64,000 nucleotides of DNA from an uncultured archaeon (GTDB lineage Archaea > Asgardarchaeota > Thorarchaeia > Thorarchaeales > Thorarchaeaceae). The position numbers and the translations under genes are program-made. How positions within the stretch are numbered: position 1 is the first letter of the stretch; each line of letters starts with the position of its first letter. This document shows positions 19,607 through 29,966 of this stretch, piece after piece. Location of the stretch: contig CAZSWP010000013.1 of assembly GCA_964610875.1 (NCBI GenBank), positions 18,872 to 82,871 of the forward strand, written 5' to 3'. Below the pieces are notes generated by a model. It was given only the letters and a program-made list of their open reading frames with translations, was not told the origin of the DNA and did not search any database.

Positions 19607-20140
19607 TTATCTCTGTTTATCTTGTTCGCGAGCGATACGATAGGAAGATAGTCTATCATTCTGCATATTCTTGCAATGTCGGTCAGGTTCACAAAGACCC
19701 CATTCGTTCATCCTCTTGCATCGAGGAGGTAATTTTGCTTTATAGAATAGCGGAGAGACCAGATTCACTTTTGTCAGATAATCAGTAACTGTTCGAATTT
19801 GATGCTCTTTGAATGCATTCCTGATGCATGGAGGGGCTCGTCGCACGAGTTTCCAAGTAACAAGATCAAAGAGTTTGTACCACAGCAAGCATTTTTTTGT
19901 AACATAAAGTTGGTCACATTTTCCGCATAACTTGTTCTCAATAGCAACTGTACAAATCTCGTTATTACTCTCCTGAGAGAGACCTGCATGCTTCAGAAGA
20001 TGAAACTTGACTTCTGCAAACCAAGGGGGAGTAAAAGAACCAAACTCATCAACAAACGAAGCCAATTCCTTTGCGAGAATTGAACGTGTACAATTCCAGC
20101 TCTCTTGACTGAGTTCTTTGTGGCCTTGTTCTTTGACCAT
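19607..20140 (-). CDS. Protein resembling the primase large-subunit C-terminal Fe-S domain
   Basis: PPCI and PP.C..M...GLC.PD..C cysteine pattern. Confidence 0.5.
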   Translation of the reverse strand: MVKEQGHKELSQESWNCTRSILAKELASFVDEFGSFTPPWFAEVKFHLLKHAGLSQESNNEICTVAIENKLCGKCDQLYVTKKCLLWYKLFDLVTWKLVRRAPPCIRNAFKEHQIRTVTDYLTKVNLVSPLFYKAKLPPRCKRMNEWGLCEPDRHCKNMQNDRLSSYRIAREQDKQR

Positions 20141-20287
20141 TCTACCTCATCTTCCGTTGTGTCGAATAGCACTTAAGCACATCAGTATTGCATCCATGAT
20201 GCGCGAGTCAGAACCGATAAATCTTAAATCCAGCAGGCGGTTCAACGAACAATAGAGCATTCTTCAAGTGAAAGAGGTCTTATCCCT

Positions 20288-21298
20288 ATGCCAGGTCTGG
20301 AATCTGTGACAGAGTATTCGTTCAAGGAAGCTGTAACAGGGATAGAGCTTCGTGACATAACAAAAGATGGACGAGACAATCTTATTGCTACAACAATGGC
20401 AGGAGATATTCGACTTTTTGATTTTTCTGACGATCCAGTACCAAAACTAGAGGAGATTGTACGAACTGAAGAGATGCCTCCCGTTGCATCATTTGCAATG
20501 GGAGATGTAACAGGGAATGGAATAGAAGACTTTGTTGTTGGCGGAATGGACTTCGTTCTTCGTATTCTTTCATTTGAAGAAGGGAAGATTGTAGAGAAGA
20601 CCAGTACACCCCTAGGATCCTTACCGACTTCCCTCATCAGTGCAAATGTACTGGGTAAGGATAATTGTGAGATTATTGTTGCAACAAATGACAAAGCATT
20701 ACGATGTTATGGTTGGTATGATTCGTTTCTTGACAAACTGGCCCACAAGGTTGTGGAACAACCTGTTTTTACAATGAAGACGCTCCTTAGTGACGGTATG
20801 CCCTTTCATAGATTCATATTTGGTGATGATTCAAACCTGATCTATCTGTATCAATATGCCGATGACAGACTACACGAACGTGATAGGGTTGAAACGAATG
20901 GCTCAGTCAGCCTCGTCACATCGGGACATATTACTGAGTCTCGACATGAAGAGGTCATTTCAGTAAGCGATTTTCGCCATATCTCACTCTTCGCTTTTTC
21001 CAAAAAACCAAAGCAACTACTTGCACGGATACATGCTCCCGGTGATATAACCTCAATTCGTGTCGCAAAATTATTACAGGATGCCAGATCACCCGGACAA
21101 ATATTATCATGCCAAGGAAATTCAGTCATAGCGATTTTATCCTTTGAAGGTAGACAACTGTTCCAAGAAGCCACTCTACGAGTAGCTCCTAAAGCCATCG
21201 AGTCATTAGTCTGTTGTGGGGACATTAATGGTGATGGAGCCTTAGAAATCATACAGTCTACTGGGAATACGGTACATCTTATTGCTGTAGATGAATAG
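20288..21298 (+). CDS. FG-GAP-like beta-propeller protein
   Basis: Repeated GD(V/I).G.G..(D/E) motifs. Confidence 0.7.
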   Translation: MPGLESVTEYSFKEAVTGIELRDITKDGRDNLIATTMAGDIRLFDFSDDPVPKLEEIVRTEEMPPVASFAMGDVTGNGIEDFVVGGMDFVLRILSFEEGKIVEKTSTPLGSLPTSLISANVLGKDNCEIIVATNDKALRCYGWYDSFLDKLAHKVVEQPVFTMKTLLSDGMPFHRFIFGDDSNLIYLYQYADDRLHERDRVETNGSVSLVTSGHITESRHEEVISVSDFRHISLFAFSKKPKQLLARIHAPGDITSIRVAKLLQDARSPGQILSCQGNSVIAILSFEGRQLFQEATLRVAPKAIESLVCCGDINGDGALEIIQSTGNTVHLIAVDE

Positions 21299-21306
21299 TA
21301 GATAGA

Positions 21307-21726
21307 TTAGTCTAGGTTGGGCATATACAATTCATTAGGTTGAAGAACCTTGATGGTTTTTACAGCTGTCTTCTCCTTAATTTTAGGAACGACTTCGTTT
21401 TCAGCCCATGCTTTGACTTTGGAACGGGCTTCCTCAATGGTTTCGCCTTCTGCATTGCGATCTAACCTGATGAATAGATGATAAGGTTCTCTCTCAGTCA
21501 AGTCCTTCTTGACCATTGCCCAGAACGCCTTGGAGCCCTCAGGAATGTCGATTCGGCCTACAATCTCGGACCATACTTTTCCTTCCATTCTTTTTGATAC
21601 GATTGCCAAATCTTGGAAGACAGATACTTCTTTCAATGCTGAAAGGACAAGTTCGCCGATTTTCATTACATCTGAAATCTCTTCGAACTCTGCAGTTAGA
21701 TAGTGGTCCGCTCTGAAGATAGCCAT
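21307..21726 (-). CDS. Hypothetical protein
   Basis: 139-aa ORF with GGAG RBS. Confidence 0.65.
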   Translation of the reverse strand: MAIFRADHYLTAEFEEISDVMKIGELVLSALKEVSVFQDLAIVSKRMEGKVWSEIVGRIDIPEGSKAFWAMVKKDLTEREPYHLFIRLDRNAEGETIEEARSKVKAWAENEVVPKIKEKTAVKTIKVLQPNELYMPNLD

Positions 21727-21791
21727 TTTTCTTACTCCATAGAATGATTGAGGGCGGCCAGATTGATTTGCCTCTTAAGTATAATGGTGTA

Positions 21792-22433
21792 TCAAGGTTC
21801 CTCATCTTGTATTGTAACATTGGTTTCAATCTCTTTGCAGTAATGCCAGAATCTGTAACCAGCAGTGAGAACACCAATAATTGTCACAACAACAAGTCCC
21901 CACAGTGTCCACCAAAAAAGAGAGAACACAACTAAGATGAAAAGACGTTCAGACCTTGCTCCAAGCCCTATATCCAAATCTTGCACATTTTGATTGGCCG
22001 CAATTGCACGTGTATAACTTGTTAAAATCCATCCAGTGTAACAAATCAAAGACCATATTGGAACAGGTAATGTGAGTAATGAGATTGAAGAATAAGCTAC
22101 CGCTATAGAGAGTAGGAGTAGTGCTTCTGATACTTTGTCTACAAACGAGTCGGTGAACGCTCCTTGGAGAGTCTGTTTCCCACTCAATCTAGCAACTGCA
22201 CCATCAACACCATCAAACAGACCGACTAAGAATACAAAGAAACCAAATACTGGTTCAATTCCACTTATAGTCAGAGAAAGGAATGCGATAAGTGCGAATA
22301 AGAGTGTAGTATATGTGACTGTGTTTGGGGAAATTCCCATTTTACTCAGGGGACGGGCAATTGTAAGTACTATTCCCTTGAATATCCTGCGCAATCTAAA
22401 CCTACTTGGAGACACTATCATCACTGCTCCCAT
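21792..22433 (-). CDS. CDP-alcohol phosphatidyltransferase
   Basis: PN..T and DG.DG.VAR....T..G...D...D motifs. Confidence 0.92.
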   Translation of the reverse strand: MGAVMIVSPSRFRLRRIFKGIVLTIARPLSKMGISPNTVTYTTLLFALIAFLSLTISGIEPVFGFFVFLVGLFDGVDGAVARLSGKQTLQGAFTDSFVDKVSEALLLLSIAVAYSSISLLTLPVPIWSLICYTGWILTSYTRAIAANQNVQDLDIGLGARSERLFILVVFSLFWWTLWGLVVVTIIGVLTAGYRFWHYCKEIETNVTIQDEEP

Positions 22434-23430
22434 ATACTATTCCATCATATACAACCACATTAGATAGGCTAACACCTTTAGCTAACCTTGTTTCTCCAAC
22501 GACTATTGCTTCGCTTATTTTACATTGTTCAGAAATAATACTCCCTGATAAAACTGATACATTTGGACCTAGGCATGCTTCCTGATGTATTTTGACACCC
22601 TTTTTCACTAGTACAGGCCCTATGAGGTTGACACCAGACTGGATAATTGTGCCGCCCTCAAAGACAATTGTTTCTCCAAATTCTATTTGATCTCCTTCTG
22701 GTATCAATAGACTCCAGTCACGTGCATATCTAGTGTCAATTAGATAGCGATTTGCTTCTATCAAATCATGTAACGAATCGATATCAGTCCAATAGTCATT
22801 GATGATGATGGGTTTCACCCTTTCACCTTGTAGGATGACATCATTCAATACATCCACAATACGACTGATTCCTTTACGCAAAGCAATTTTGCATTCTTCT
22901 AAGAAAGAGTTGTTTATCACCAATACCATTGCTGATGATCCATGTGGATTCGTTACATCTTGACCTTTACCTATAGATTCGATGCATCCTTGATCATCTA
23001 TGACCACTGGTGCACCAACATTGGGTCTTGAGTCTACAGCGAGATATGCTATTGCATCATCCAGATGAATTGCTTCTACTAGTGAATTGATGATATTGAT
23101 GTCAATAAGGTTGTCAACTGGGCATATTATGAACCAGTTGTTATCTAGACACTCTGCTGTACTGACAAGTGTCTGTAACGGGCCGATATTGTAATTTTCT
23201 ACGTACACGGTTCTGATGGCTTTCTCATCCCATTCCCTCAGGTGGTTCTCAAGCTTATTTCCTAACCATCCGAGTCCAACAGATACCTCCAAGAACCCAT
23301 TATCGGTCAATGTTCTCAATAGATGGATAATAAGACTTGAATCACCGCACGGCAGCATTCCTTTTGGTAATAATTGATTTATATGACCCAACCGATTACC
23401 TTTTCCGGCGGCAAGGATTATAGTATGGAT
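22402..23430 (-). CDS. Sugar-phosphate nucleotidyltransferase with left-handed beta-helix; probable ATC start
   Basis: Reading frame extends upstream to IHTIILAAGKGNRL; PKG motif; GAGGTG 5 nt before the ATC. Confidence 0.8.
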   Translation of the reverse strand: MHTIILAAGKGNRLGHINQLLPKGMLPCGDSSLIIHLLRTLTDNGFLEVSVGLGWLGNKLENHLREWDEKAIRTVYVENYNIGPLQTLVSTAECLDNNWFIICPVDNLIDINIINSLVEAIHLDDAIAYLAVDSRPNVGAPVVIDDQGCIESIGKGQDVTNPHGSSAMVLVINNSFLEECKIALRKGISRIVDVLNDVILQGERVKPIIINDYWTDIDSLHDLIEANRYLIDTRYARDWSLLIPEGDQIEFGETIVFEGGTIIQSGVNLIGPVLVKKGVKIHQEACLGPNVSVLSGSIISEQCKISEAIVVGETRLAKGVSLSNVVVYDGIVYGSSDDSVSK

Positions 23431-23507
23431 GTGAACACCTCAATAGTACATCTATCTAAAAGGTTCATATGTCTGTTTGCAAGGATAACAATTGTGGTTG
23501 TGGTTAA

Positions 23508-24209
23508 GTGACAACTAGAACGATTAGGTTTGAGGAGCCAGAGGACCTTGATTCACTAGTCAAGGAAACAGTGGATTTACTCCGTGAAGGAGGGCTTGTC
23601 GTTTATCCAACTGATACCAGCTATGGTTTAGCGTGTGACCCAATGCAGGAACACGCATTGGAGCGACTTTTCGAAGCAAAGAAACGTAGTAAAGATCTGG
23701 GTGTGCCATTAATATTTTCAGATCTTGCACAATGTGAGGCGTTTCACGAGTTTAGTGAACTTGAAAAAATACTCGCACGTCTCTTCTGGCCGGGGGCGTT
23801 GACTCTTGTTGTCACTGCTCGTGAATCAGTAGCCGTTCATCTAACTGGAGGCAGAAACTCAATTGCTATACGTGTTCCAGACCATCCCATTCCTAGAAAT
23901 ATTGCAAAAGAACTGGGTACTCCTATAGTTGGGACAAGTGCAAACATAACAGGAGGACCAAGTCCTTTTGATATTTCCACTGCGATGGCACAACTATCTG
24001 ATGATGTTGATCTATACATAGATGCAGGACCTTCAAATATTACAAATAATTCAACTATTATAGGCGTAGAAGAGGAAAATGGTGAAACATCTAACATCAA
24101 AGTGTATCGAGAAGGAGCATTATCTATTAACCGACTCACAGAAAGTCTAAGAGTAGATTCAGATGCACTCAGATTCTGGACGAATCGTGTCGTATACGCA
24201 GATATGTGA
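23508..24209 (+). CDS. tsaC: L-threonylcarbamoyladenylate synthase (TsaC/Sua5 family, short form)
   Basis: PTDT.YGL, K.R, FWPGALT, R.PDH, TSAN and STII motifs. Confidence 0.9.
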   Translation: MTTRTIRFEEPEDLDSLVKETVDLLREGGLVVYPTDTSYGLACDPMQEHALERLFEAKKRSKDLGVPLIFSDLAQCEAFHEFSELEKILARLFWPGALTLVVTARESVAVHLTGGRNSIAIRVPDHPIPRNIAKELGTPIVGTSANITGGPSPFDISTAMAQLSDDVDLYIDAGPSNITNNSTIIGVEEENGETSNIKVYREGALSINRLTESLRVDSDALRFWTNRVVYADM

Positions 24210-24754
24210 GGCGATTATTTCTGAAGGATTTTAATTTGATAGTTTCATGCCCAAGAGAGCGTGAGCGAGGAGCCCTTTCAGAGATTAGATACTTTATCGG
24301 CGATCTCTTAGAAGACCAAGACCTGAGAATCATGATGACACACGTTTCTGGATTGATAGTCTGTAAGACGAGTCTAGATCCATTTGATGTAGTAGAAAAA
24401 TTGAGAGAGTTTGCTATTGAAAACCCATATCAATTCAGATTTGCAATTAAATTCACTCCAATAATACAATCAGTTAGGTCATCTATTGATGAGATAGCCA
24501 AAGTTGCCTTAGAGATTGCAAAGAGAATTGATGACAAGGAAACGTTCCGTGTTACGGTACGACGGCGACACACCGACTTGGATCATATGGATATTATTAG
24601 TGCGGTGGCAAAAGATATCGATAACGAGGTGAACTTAGACAATCCTGATAAGACCATATTGATTGAAGTGATAGGGGAGAGCACAGGAGTCACATTGCTT
24701 GACTCAGATGATGATATACTTTCCATAATGTCTATGAGAGATGATATGTACTAG
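24206..24754 (+). CDS. THUMP-domain RNA-binding protein
   Basis: TFRVTVRRR and VNLDNPD..I.IEV motifs. Confidence 0.88.
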   Translation: MRRLFLKDFNLIVSCPRERERGALSEIRYFIGDLLEDQDLRIMMTHVSGLIVCKTSLDPFDVVEKLREFAIENPYQFRFAIKFTPIIQSVRSSIDEIAKVALEIAKRIDDKETFRVTVRRRHTDLDHMDIISAVAKDIDNEVNLDNPDKTILIEVIGESTGVTLLDSDDDILSIMSMRDDMY

Positions 24755-25332
24755 GTTTCTAAAGCAACCAAGGATACTCTTTCAGCAACACACTTTGATA
24801 GAGCTGCCTGAATTGACTCAATATCCTTTGATTTTGTCATTGTTTCAATTTCAAGATTATTGATAACGAAGTGTTGTTTTATTGCCTCTATTCGTTCTTT
24901 TGATGGATGAATGAATTCACTTGATTCCGTACCGATTAATCTAGACATTGATTTGATACATTCTTTGACTGTTTTCTTATGCTTGTCAATCACTACAATA
25001 GCAACACGTTCGTTATCATCCGTTACACCAATGCTATCAAGAGCTTTCGCAATCTGACGCTGACCTGACGCATAGAGACCTATCTCTAAGCTCAAGGACC
25101 TAGATATTGCATACCCTCCAAGCCATGCATTCAGAGCGTTTTGAGCAGCACAGATTAAGTGATGAGTATCAACGATTAAGATAGGGTTCATTAGTTGAAT
25201 TGCAGATACCTGTTCTTCAAAAGAAGCAACTGCCGACAATAATTCGTCTTTGGTCAATCTCATCTCATTCGATAGAAGAGATACACCTGTAAAGTATGCC
25301 ACATCTTTGTAGGAGATACTCTCCAATCTCAC
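24751..25332 (-). CDS. cgi121: KEOPS subunit Cgi121
   Basis: E..LYASG.RQI.KA...IG motif. Confidence 0.88.
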   Translation of the reverse strand: MRLESISYKDVAYFTGVSLLSNEMRLTKDELLSAVASFEEQVSAIQLMNPILIVDTHHLICAAQNALNAWLGGYAISRSLSLEIGLYASGQRQIAKALDSIGVTDDNERVAIVVIDKHKKTVKECIKSMSRLIGTESSEFIHPSKERIEAIKQHFVINNLEIETMTKSKDIESIQAALSKCVAERVSLVALET

Positions 25333-25356
25333 TTCTTCACCACATCCAGTTTTGAT

Positions 25357-25938
25357 TCATAGTCGTTTTAAGAAATAATCTGCAACGGTGGGATCAAATC
25401 CGACTTCGAAGACCAATTTCTTTCTCAAACTCTTGATATCCATACAGGGATCTTCTTCTTTGAATTTCTTCACTAGAGCAATTATGGACTCCCTATTTTC
25501 CCATGGGTATACAGTCCAGCTGTCAACTAATTTCATGTAGAAATCGGGAACTATTTTCGAAGATGGCTTTAGATGGAGTACTGCGCTTTTAACATTGGTT
25601 GCCCCAAGCCTCTTTATGTAGTCTAATGCATGACAGAGACTCTCTCCCGTGTCAGCAACTTCATCAACCAATAGAATGTTTTTCTCTTCGATTGGAATGG
25701 CAAGCGGTTGTGTAATCTTTGGCTCTCTACCATGAGTGCCAAGATCTGTGTAGTATTCTATCCTGACATTGAACATAGCATTTGCATAGAGAACATCGGA
25801 TAGAATTCGTGCAGGAATCCACCCCCCTCGAGCTATTCCTACAATTAAATCAGGTTTGAAACCACTATCCACAATACGTTCGGATAGACGTAATGTAAGA
25901 TTGTATACATCCTGCCAACTTAGAATCAAATACTTCAT
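25357..25938 (-). CDS. Purine phosphoribosyltransferase
   Basis: IARGGW.P, LLVDEVADTG PRPP loop and W..YPWE. Confidence 0.9.
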   Translation of the reverse strand: MKYLILSWQDVYNLTLRLSERIVDSGFKPDLIVGIARGGWIPARILSDVLYANAMFNVRIEYYTDLGTHGREPKITQPLAIPIEEKNILLVDEVADTGESLCHALDYIKRLGATNVKSAVLHLKPSSKIVPDFYMKLVDSWTVYPWENRESIIALVKKFKEEDPCMDIKSLRKKLVFEVGFDPTVADYFLKRL

Positions 25939-26040
25939 GTAATGATACGACCCGTCCGCTTTGATATTTAAGAAAATCACTTCTTAATTAATGCCTCTAC
26001 TCAACACAAGCTTAATTGGAGGAATGGTATCAGAACTGCT

Positions 26041-27315
26041 GTGGTCAACATGAAACCCGATATTCTTCTTACCAATATTGGCCAATTAGCAACACTTGAA
26101 GGAAATAGATCTCAGCCAAAGAGAGGTAGTGATATGATGGAGCTGTCCATTATTAAAAATGGTGCTATTGCAATTAAGGATGGGCTCATCAAAGCAGTAG
26201 GGACGGCTGAAGAGGTTAAGGCTGAAATCACTGCTGAACCAGGTTTTCCAGAGATTGAATTACAAGGAATGCTGACATTACCAGGTTTTATAGACAGTCA
26301 TACCCATCTTGTCTTTGCGGGTTCTCGTGAGAATGATTTCTCAATGAAATTAGCAGGTAAGAGCTATTTGGAGATACTTGAATCGGGTGGCGGAATTCTG
26401 AATACACTACGAGCAACACGTGCAGCTTCGCGAGAAGAGCTATACAGGAATGCTTTCTCATTCGCTGAGAGAATGATAGCTGAAGGGACAACAACAATTG
26501 AAGTAAAGAGTGGATATGGACTAAATACTGAAACAGAAATGAAGATGTTGCAAGCTGCTGATGACCTTAGAGAGAAGGTCCCAGCCAATATCACATCCAC
26601 ATTTCTTGGTGCACATGCAGTTCCACCTGAATACAAGGGACGTACTGACGACTATGTTGAGATTGTAGTGAATGAAATGATCCCTGCAATCGCTGAATCG
26701 CAGTTAGCTATCTTCTGTGATGTGTTTTGCGAGGAAGGTGTTTTTGATGTTGAGCAATCTCGAAGAATTCTAAAAGCTGCCGGAGAACATGGAATGAAGC
26801 TGAAGGTTCACGCAGATGAGATTGTACAACTAGGAGGAGCTGAACTAGCAGCAGAATTGGAAGCGGTTTCAGCTGACCACTTGCTCATGGCTTCAGATGA
26901 TGGTTTAGAAGCAATGAATAAATCAGGTACAATTGCGACCCTTCTTCCAGCAACAGCATTCAGCCTCAATACAGATTATGCAAGGGCTCGTGATATGATC
27001 GAGATGGGGCTTCCCGTTGCATTAGCAACAGATTTCAATCCAAATTGTGCAAATGAGTCGATGTTCTTCACATTTGCTCTATCCTGCTACAAAATGAAAA
27101 TGCACCCCCGAGAGGTGATTTCAGCGGCAACCATTAATGCAGCACATGCATTGGAATTGAGCGATGTAATTGGCTCAATAGAGGTTGGAAAAAGAGCAGA
27201 TATTGTTGTACTGGAGTGTCCAAACCCAGAATTTCTAGCATATCGATTTGGAATGAATTTGATTCATACTGTAATTGCAAATGGAGAAGTAGTACATACA
27301 CGTCTAGGTCCTTGA
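26041..27315 (+). CDS. hutI: Imidazolonepropionase
   Basis: DSHTHLVFAG.R, KSGYGL, CDVFCE, HADE and ATDFNP motifs. Confidence 0.95.
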   Translation: MVNMKPDILLTNIGQLATLEGNRSQPKRGSDMMELSIIKNGAIAIKDGLIKAVGTAEEVKAEITAEPGFPEIELQGMLTLPGFIDSHTHLVFAGSRENDFSMKLAGKSYLEILESGGGILNTLRATRAASREELYRNAFSFAERMIAEGTTTIEVKSGYGLNTETEMKMLQAADDLREKVPANITSTFLGAHAVPPEYKGRTDDYVEIVVNEMIPAIAESQLAIFCDVFCEEGVFDVEQSRRILKAAGEHGMKLKVHADEIVQLGGAELAAELEAVSADHLLMASDDGLEAMNKSGTIATLLPATAFSLNTDYARARDMIEMGLPVALATDFNPNCANESMFFTFALSCYKMKMHPREVISAATINAAHALELSDVIGSIEVGKRADIVVLECPNPEFLAYRFGMNLIHTVIANGEVVHTRLGP

Positions 27316-27324
27316 TAGTGGAGA

Positions 27325-27753
27325 TTAATTGGACTTTTGATACTTGTGAAACTGTTCTAACCACTTTGGGTCTTCAGGATATTGTTTTACCCAATTTACA
27401 AACTCAGTTATCTTCTCCACGGTTTCAGGTCTTATTATATGTTCAATCTCGCAAGCATCCTCATCAGCTATCACAGAATCAACACCAATCATCACTAGGA
27501 ACCATCTAAGAGATTCATGCGTCCTTTCCAAATTCTCAGCCATTTTCATCCCTTTTGGAGTAAGACTCACACTGCGATATCTCTTGTAATTGATCAAATC
27601 TAGAGCTTTGAGTTTTCTGAGGACATATGTGACACTTGGTGATTTCACTCCTCTTTCTTCAGCAATATCAGTGACACTGGCTGCACCCCATTTTTGCTGA
27701 AGCATGTAGATAATCTCAAGATATTGCTCCATTGATTTTGTTAGTTCTACCAT
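27325..27753 (-). CDS. DtxR/MntR-family metal-dependent regulator
   Basis: E.YLE.IY, V..PSV, LT..G...A and DAC.IEH motifs. Confidence 0.92.
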   Translation of the reverse strand: MVELTKSMEQYLEIIYMLQQKWGAASVTDIAEERGVKSPSVTYVLRKLKALDLINYKRYRSVSLTPKGMKMAENLERTHESLRWFLVMIGVDSVIADEDACEIEHIIRPETVEKITEFVNWVKQYPEDPKWLEQFHKYQKSN

Positions 27754-27777
27754 AGAATCAAGACCTGAATCTATAAT

Positions 27778-27795
27778 TCTTAGACGCCTCTAAGA
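27778..27795. promoter_or_regulatory. Inverted repeat, candidate DtxR-family autoregulatory operator
   Basis: TCTTAGA-CGCC-TCTAAGA directly upstream of the regulator gene. Confidence 0.5.
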
Positions 27796-27844
27796 TATAT
27801 AGAATTGATGTGGTTTCTACATAAAGTTTCAGTAGTAGCAAGAA

Positions 27845-29374
27845 TCATTCTTCTATCAAAGAAATGGTGGCATTTTCTATAGAACCAACAATTTCACCAG
27901 CATCCATTAGTGAAACCACGGAAATGATGTCATCATGTAAGATTCTATCTCTCTCAAGCTTGGGTACCTCAAGTCGGATTTCTTTCAAGGCATCTGCGAT
28001 GGCCAATGAGGGCTTCAGTGGTGCTAATAGATCAATCCCCTGTGCAGCACACAAGTATTCTATTGCAATGACATGTTGTACATTCTTGAAAATTGTTCTT
28101 GCTTTTCTTGCAGCAATAGTTCCCATACTTACGTGGTCTTCTTGATCTGCGCTAGTGGGAATTGAATCAACACTTGCAGGATGTGCGAGAATTTTATTCT
28201 CCGAAACAAGAGCTGCAGCAGTATACTGGGCAATCATCATTCCGGATTCCAGACCACTATTCTGAGTCAGAAATGCTGGAAGACCACTCAGATGAGGATT
28301 GACTAGGCGATTTATTCTTCTCTCCGAGATATTAGCAATCTCACATAGTGCAATTCCTAAGAAATCCATCACTAGAGCGACGGGTTGACCATGAAAATTG
28401 CCGCCGGATATAATATCACCGTTATCAAACACCAAAGGATTGTCTGTTGCAGAATTTATCTCTGTTTCAAGAACACTTCGAATATAGCGTATAGTATCAA
28501 GTGATGCACCTAACACTTGCGGAATACAACGTACTGAATATGCATCCTGAACTTTCCCACAGTCAGCATGACTCCTGTTAATCTCGCTGTCTGAGAGTAT
28601 CTCCCTTAATGCTTCGGCAACATGAATCTGTCCTTCATGTGGACGGACATCATGGATACGAAAATCATACGCAGTTCGTGTCCCACGTAGGGCTTCAACA
28701 CTCATTGAACTAGCGATTATTGCATCACGTATGAGTTGTAATGAATCATAAACTAAAAGGCAACCGATGGCAGTCATTGGTTGTGTGCCATTAATTAGAG
28801 CAACACCTTCTTTTGCCTTTAATTTTACTGGTTTCACTCCTGCTTCCTTTAGAGCATCAATGCCTTTCAGGCTTTGATTATTATAGAAAGCTTCTCCTTC
28901 TCCAATCAAAACCAGTACCATATGAGCTAATGGAGCTAGGTCGCCACTTGAACCAACAGACCCTTGTTCAGGAACTAAAGGTATGATGCCCGCATTAAGC
29001 ATGTCTAATAGGGTTTCTACAGTACTGATGCGAATACCAGAGAAACCTTTTGCTAATGCATTTGCTCTAAGTAGCATCATCGTTCGAACAACATCAGAGG
29101 GTAATGGATTGCCAACACCTACACTATGACTGCGAATCAGGTTTAATTGCAAAGTTGCTAGGTCTTTGTTACTAATAGTAGTGCTTGCCAGCTCTCCAAA
29201 TCCAGTATTCACCCCATAAACCACGCGACCTGCCTCTAGAGCATTCTCAACCACCATGCGACTAGCACGCATATTTGACTTAGCTTCATCAGATAGTTGT
29301 ACTTCCTCATGATTTCGTGCCACTGTAACTATCTCTTCAATTGTGAGAGAATTGCCATCTATTTCAACAACCAT
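27845..29374 (-). CDS. hutH: Histidine ammonia-lyase
   Basis: YGVNTGFG, GSSGDLAPL (MIO), QDAYS.RC, GGNFHG and QEDHVSM motifs. Confidence 0.96.
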   Translation of the reverse strand: MVVEIDGNSLTIEEIVTVARNHEEVQLSDEAKSNMRASRMVVENALEAGRVVYGVNTGFGELASTTISNKDLATLQLNLIRSHSVGVGNPLPSDVVRTMMLLRANALAKGFSGIRISTVETLLDMLNAGIIPLVPEQGSVGSSGDLAPLAHMVLVLIGEGEAFYNNQSLKGIDALKEAGVKPVKLKAKEGVALINGTQPMTAIGCLLVYDSLQLIRDAIIASSMSVEALRGTRTAYDFRIHDVRPHEGQIHVAEALREILSDSEINRSHADCGKVQDAYSVRCIPQVLGASLDTIRYIRSVLETEINSATDNPLVFDNGDIISGGNFHGQPVALVMDFLGIALCEIANISERRINRLVNPHLSGLPAFLTQNSGLESGMMIAQYTAAALVSENKILAHPASVDSIPTSADQEDHVSMGTIAARKARTIFKNVQHVIAIEYLCAAQGIDLLAPLKPSLAIADALKEIRLEVPKLERDRILHDDIISVVSLMDAGEIVGSIENATISLIEE

Positions 29375-29532
29375 GGATTAAACCTCGTGTCTAGGGATGT
29401 ACAGAATAACCACACATCTCACAACAAACTGCATTTACAATAAGCATGCTTTAGAAACTATCGTTACAAGTCACTATGTGAAAAAGAGTGTAAATAGAAA
29501 AATGAAAAGAGCTCCTGAAATAGTTAAACTTT

Positions 29533-29934
29533 CTAGCAAGGAGGTACTAGACATTCAAAGAGCTCATCTGAAGGATCTTTATCTATGTCGTGATATGCAG
29601 CCCAAAGGCCATCTTGACCCACTAATTCGAGCTTGAATCCTTTATCATTTAGTGTCCTTAGATATTCAAGGTGGACAATTATACCATCAAGAATTGATCT
29701 GGAAGTAACTCCATTGAATCTCTTCTCATAATCAGTATCTAATTCAAGAATGGGAGGTGTTATTTCCACGACACGTCGTTTGGGTTCATCTCTGCTTCTA
29801 GAGAGAAGTATTTGAACTCAGTCAGTCTGATGGAATATTTCGATGGACTCACCAGTTTCATCATATTCAAGCTCATCAGGCGGTTGGTTGAAGATATCTA
29901 ACAATTTCATTTTCAACAGAGATGAGCTCGTCAT
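29533..29934 (-). pseudogene. Hypothetical gene with an in-frame TGA at 29818-29820
   Basis: Frame is open from ATG 29934 apart from one TGA (…HQTD*VQILL…). Confidence 0.55.
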
Positions 29935-29966
29935 TATAGCACTTTCCAATTTCTAATCTTTCCCAA

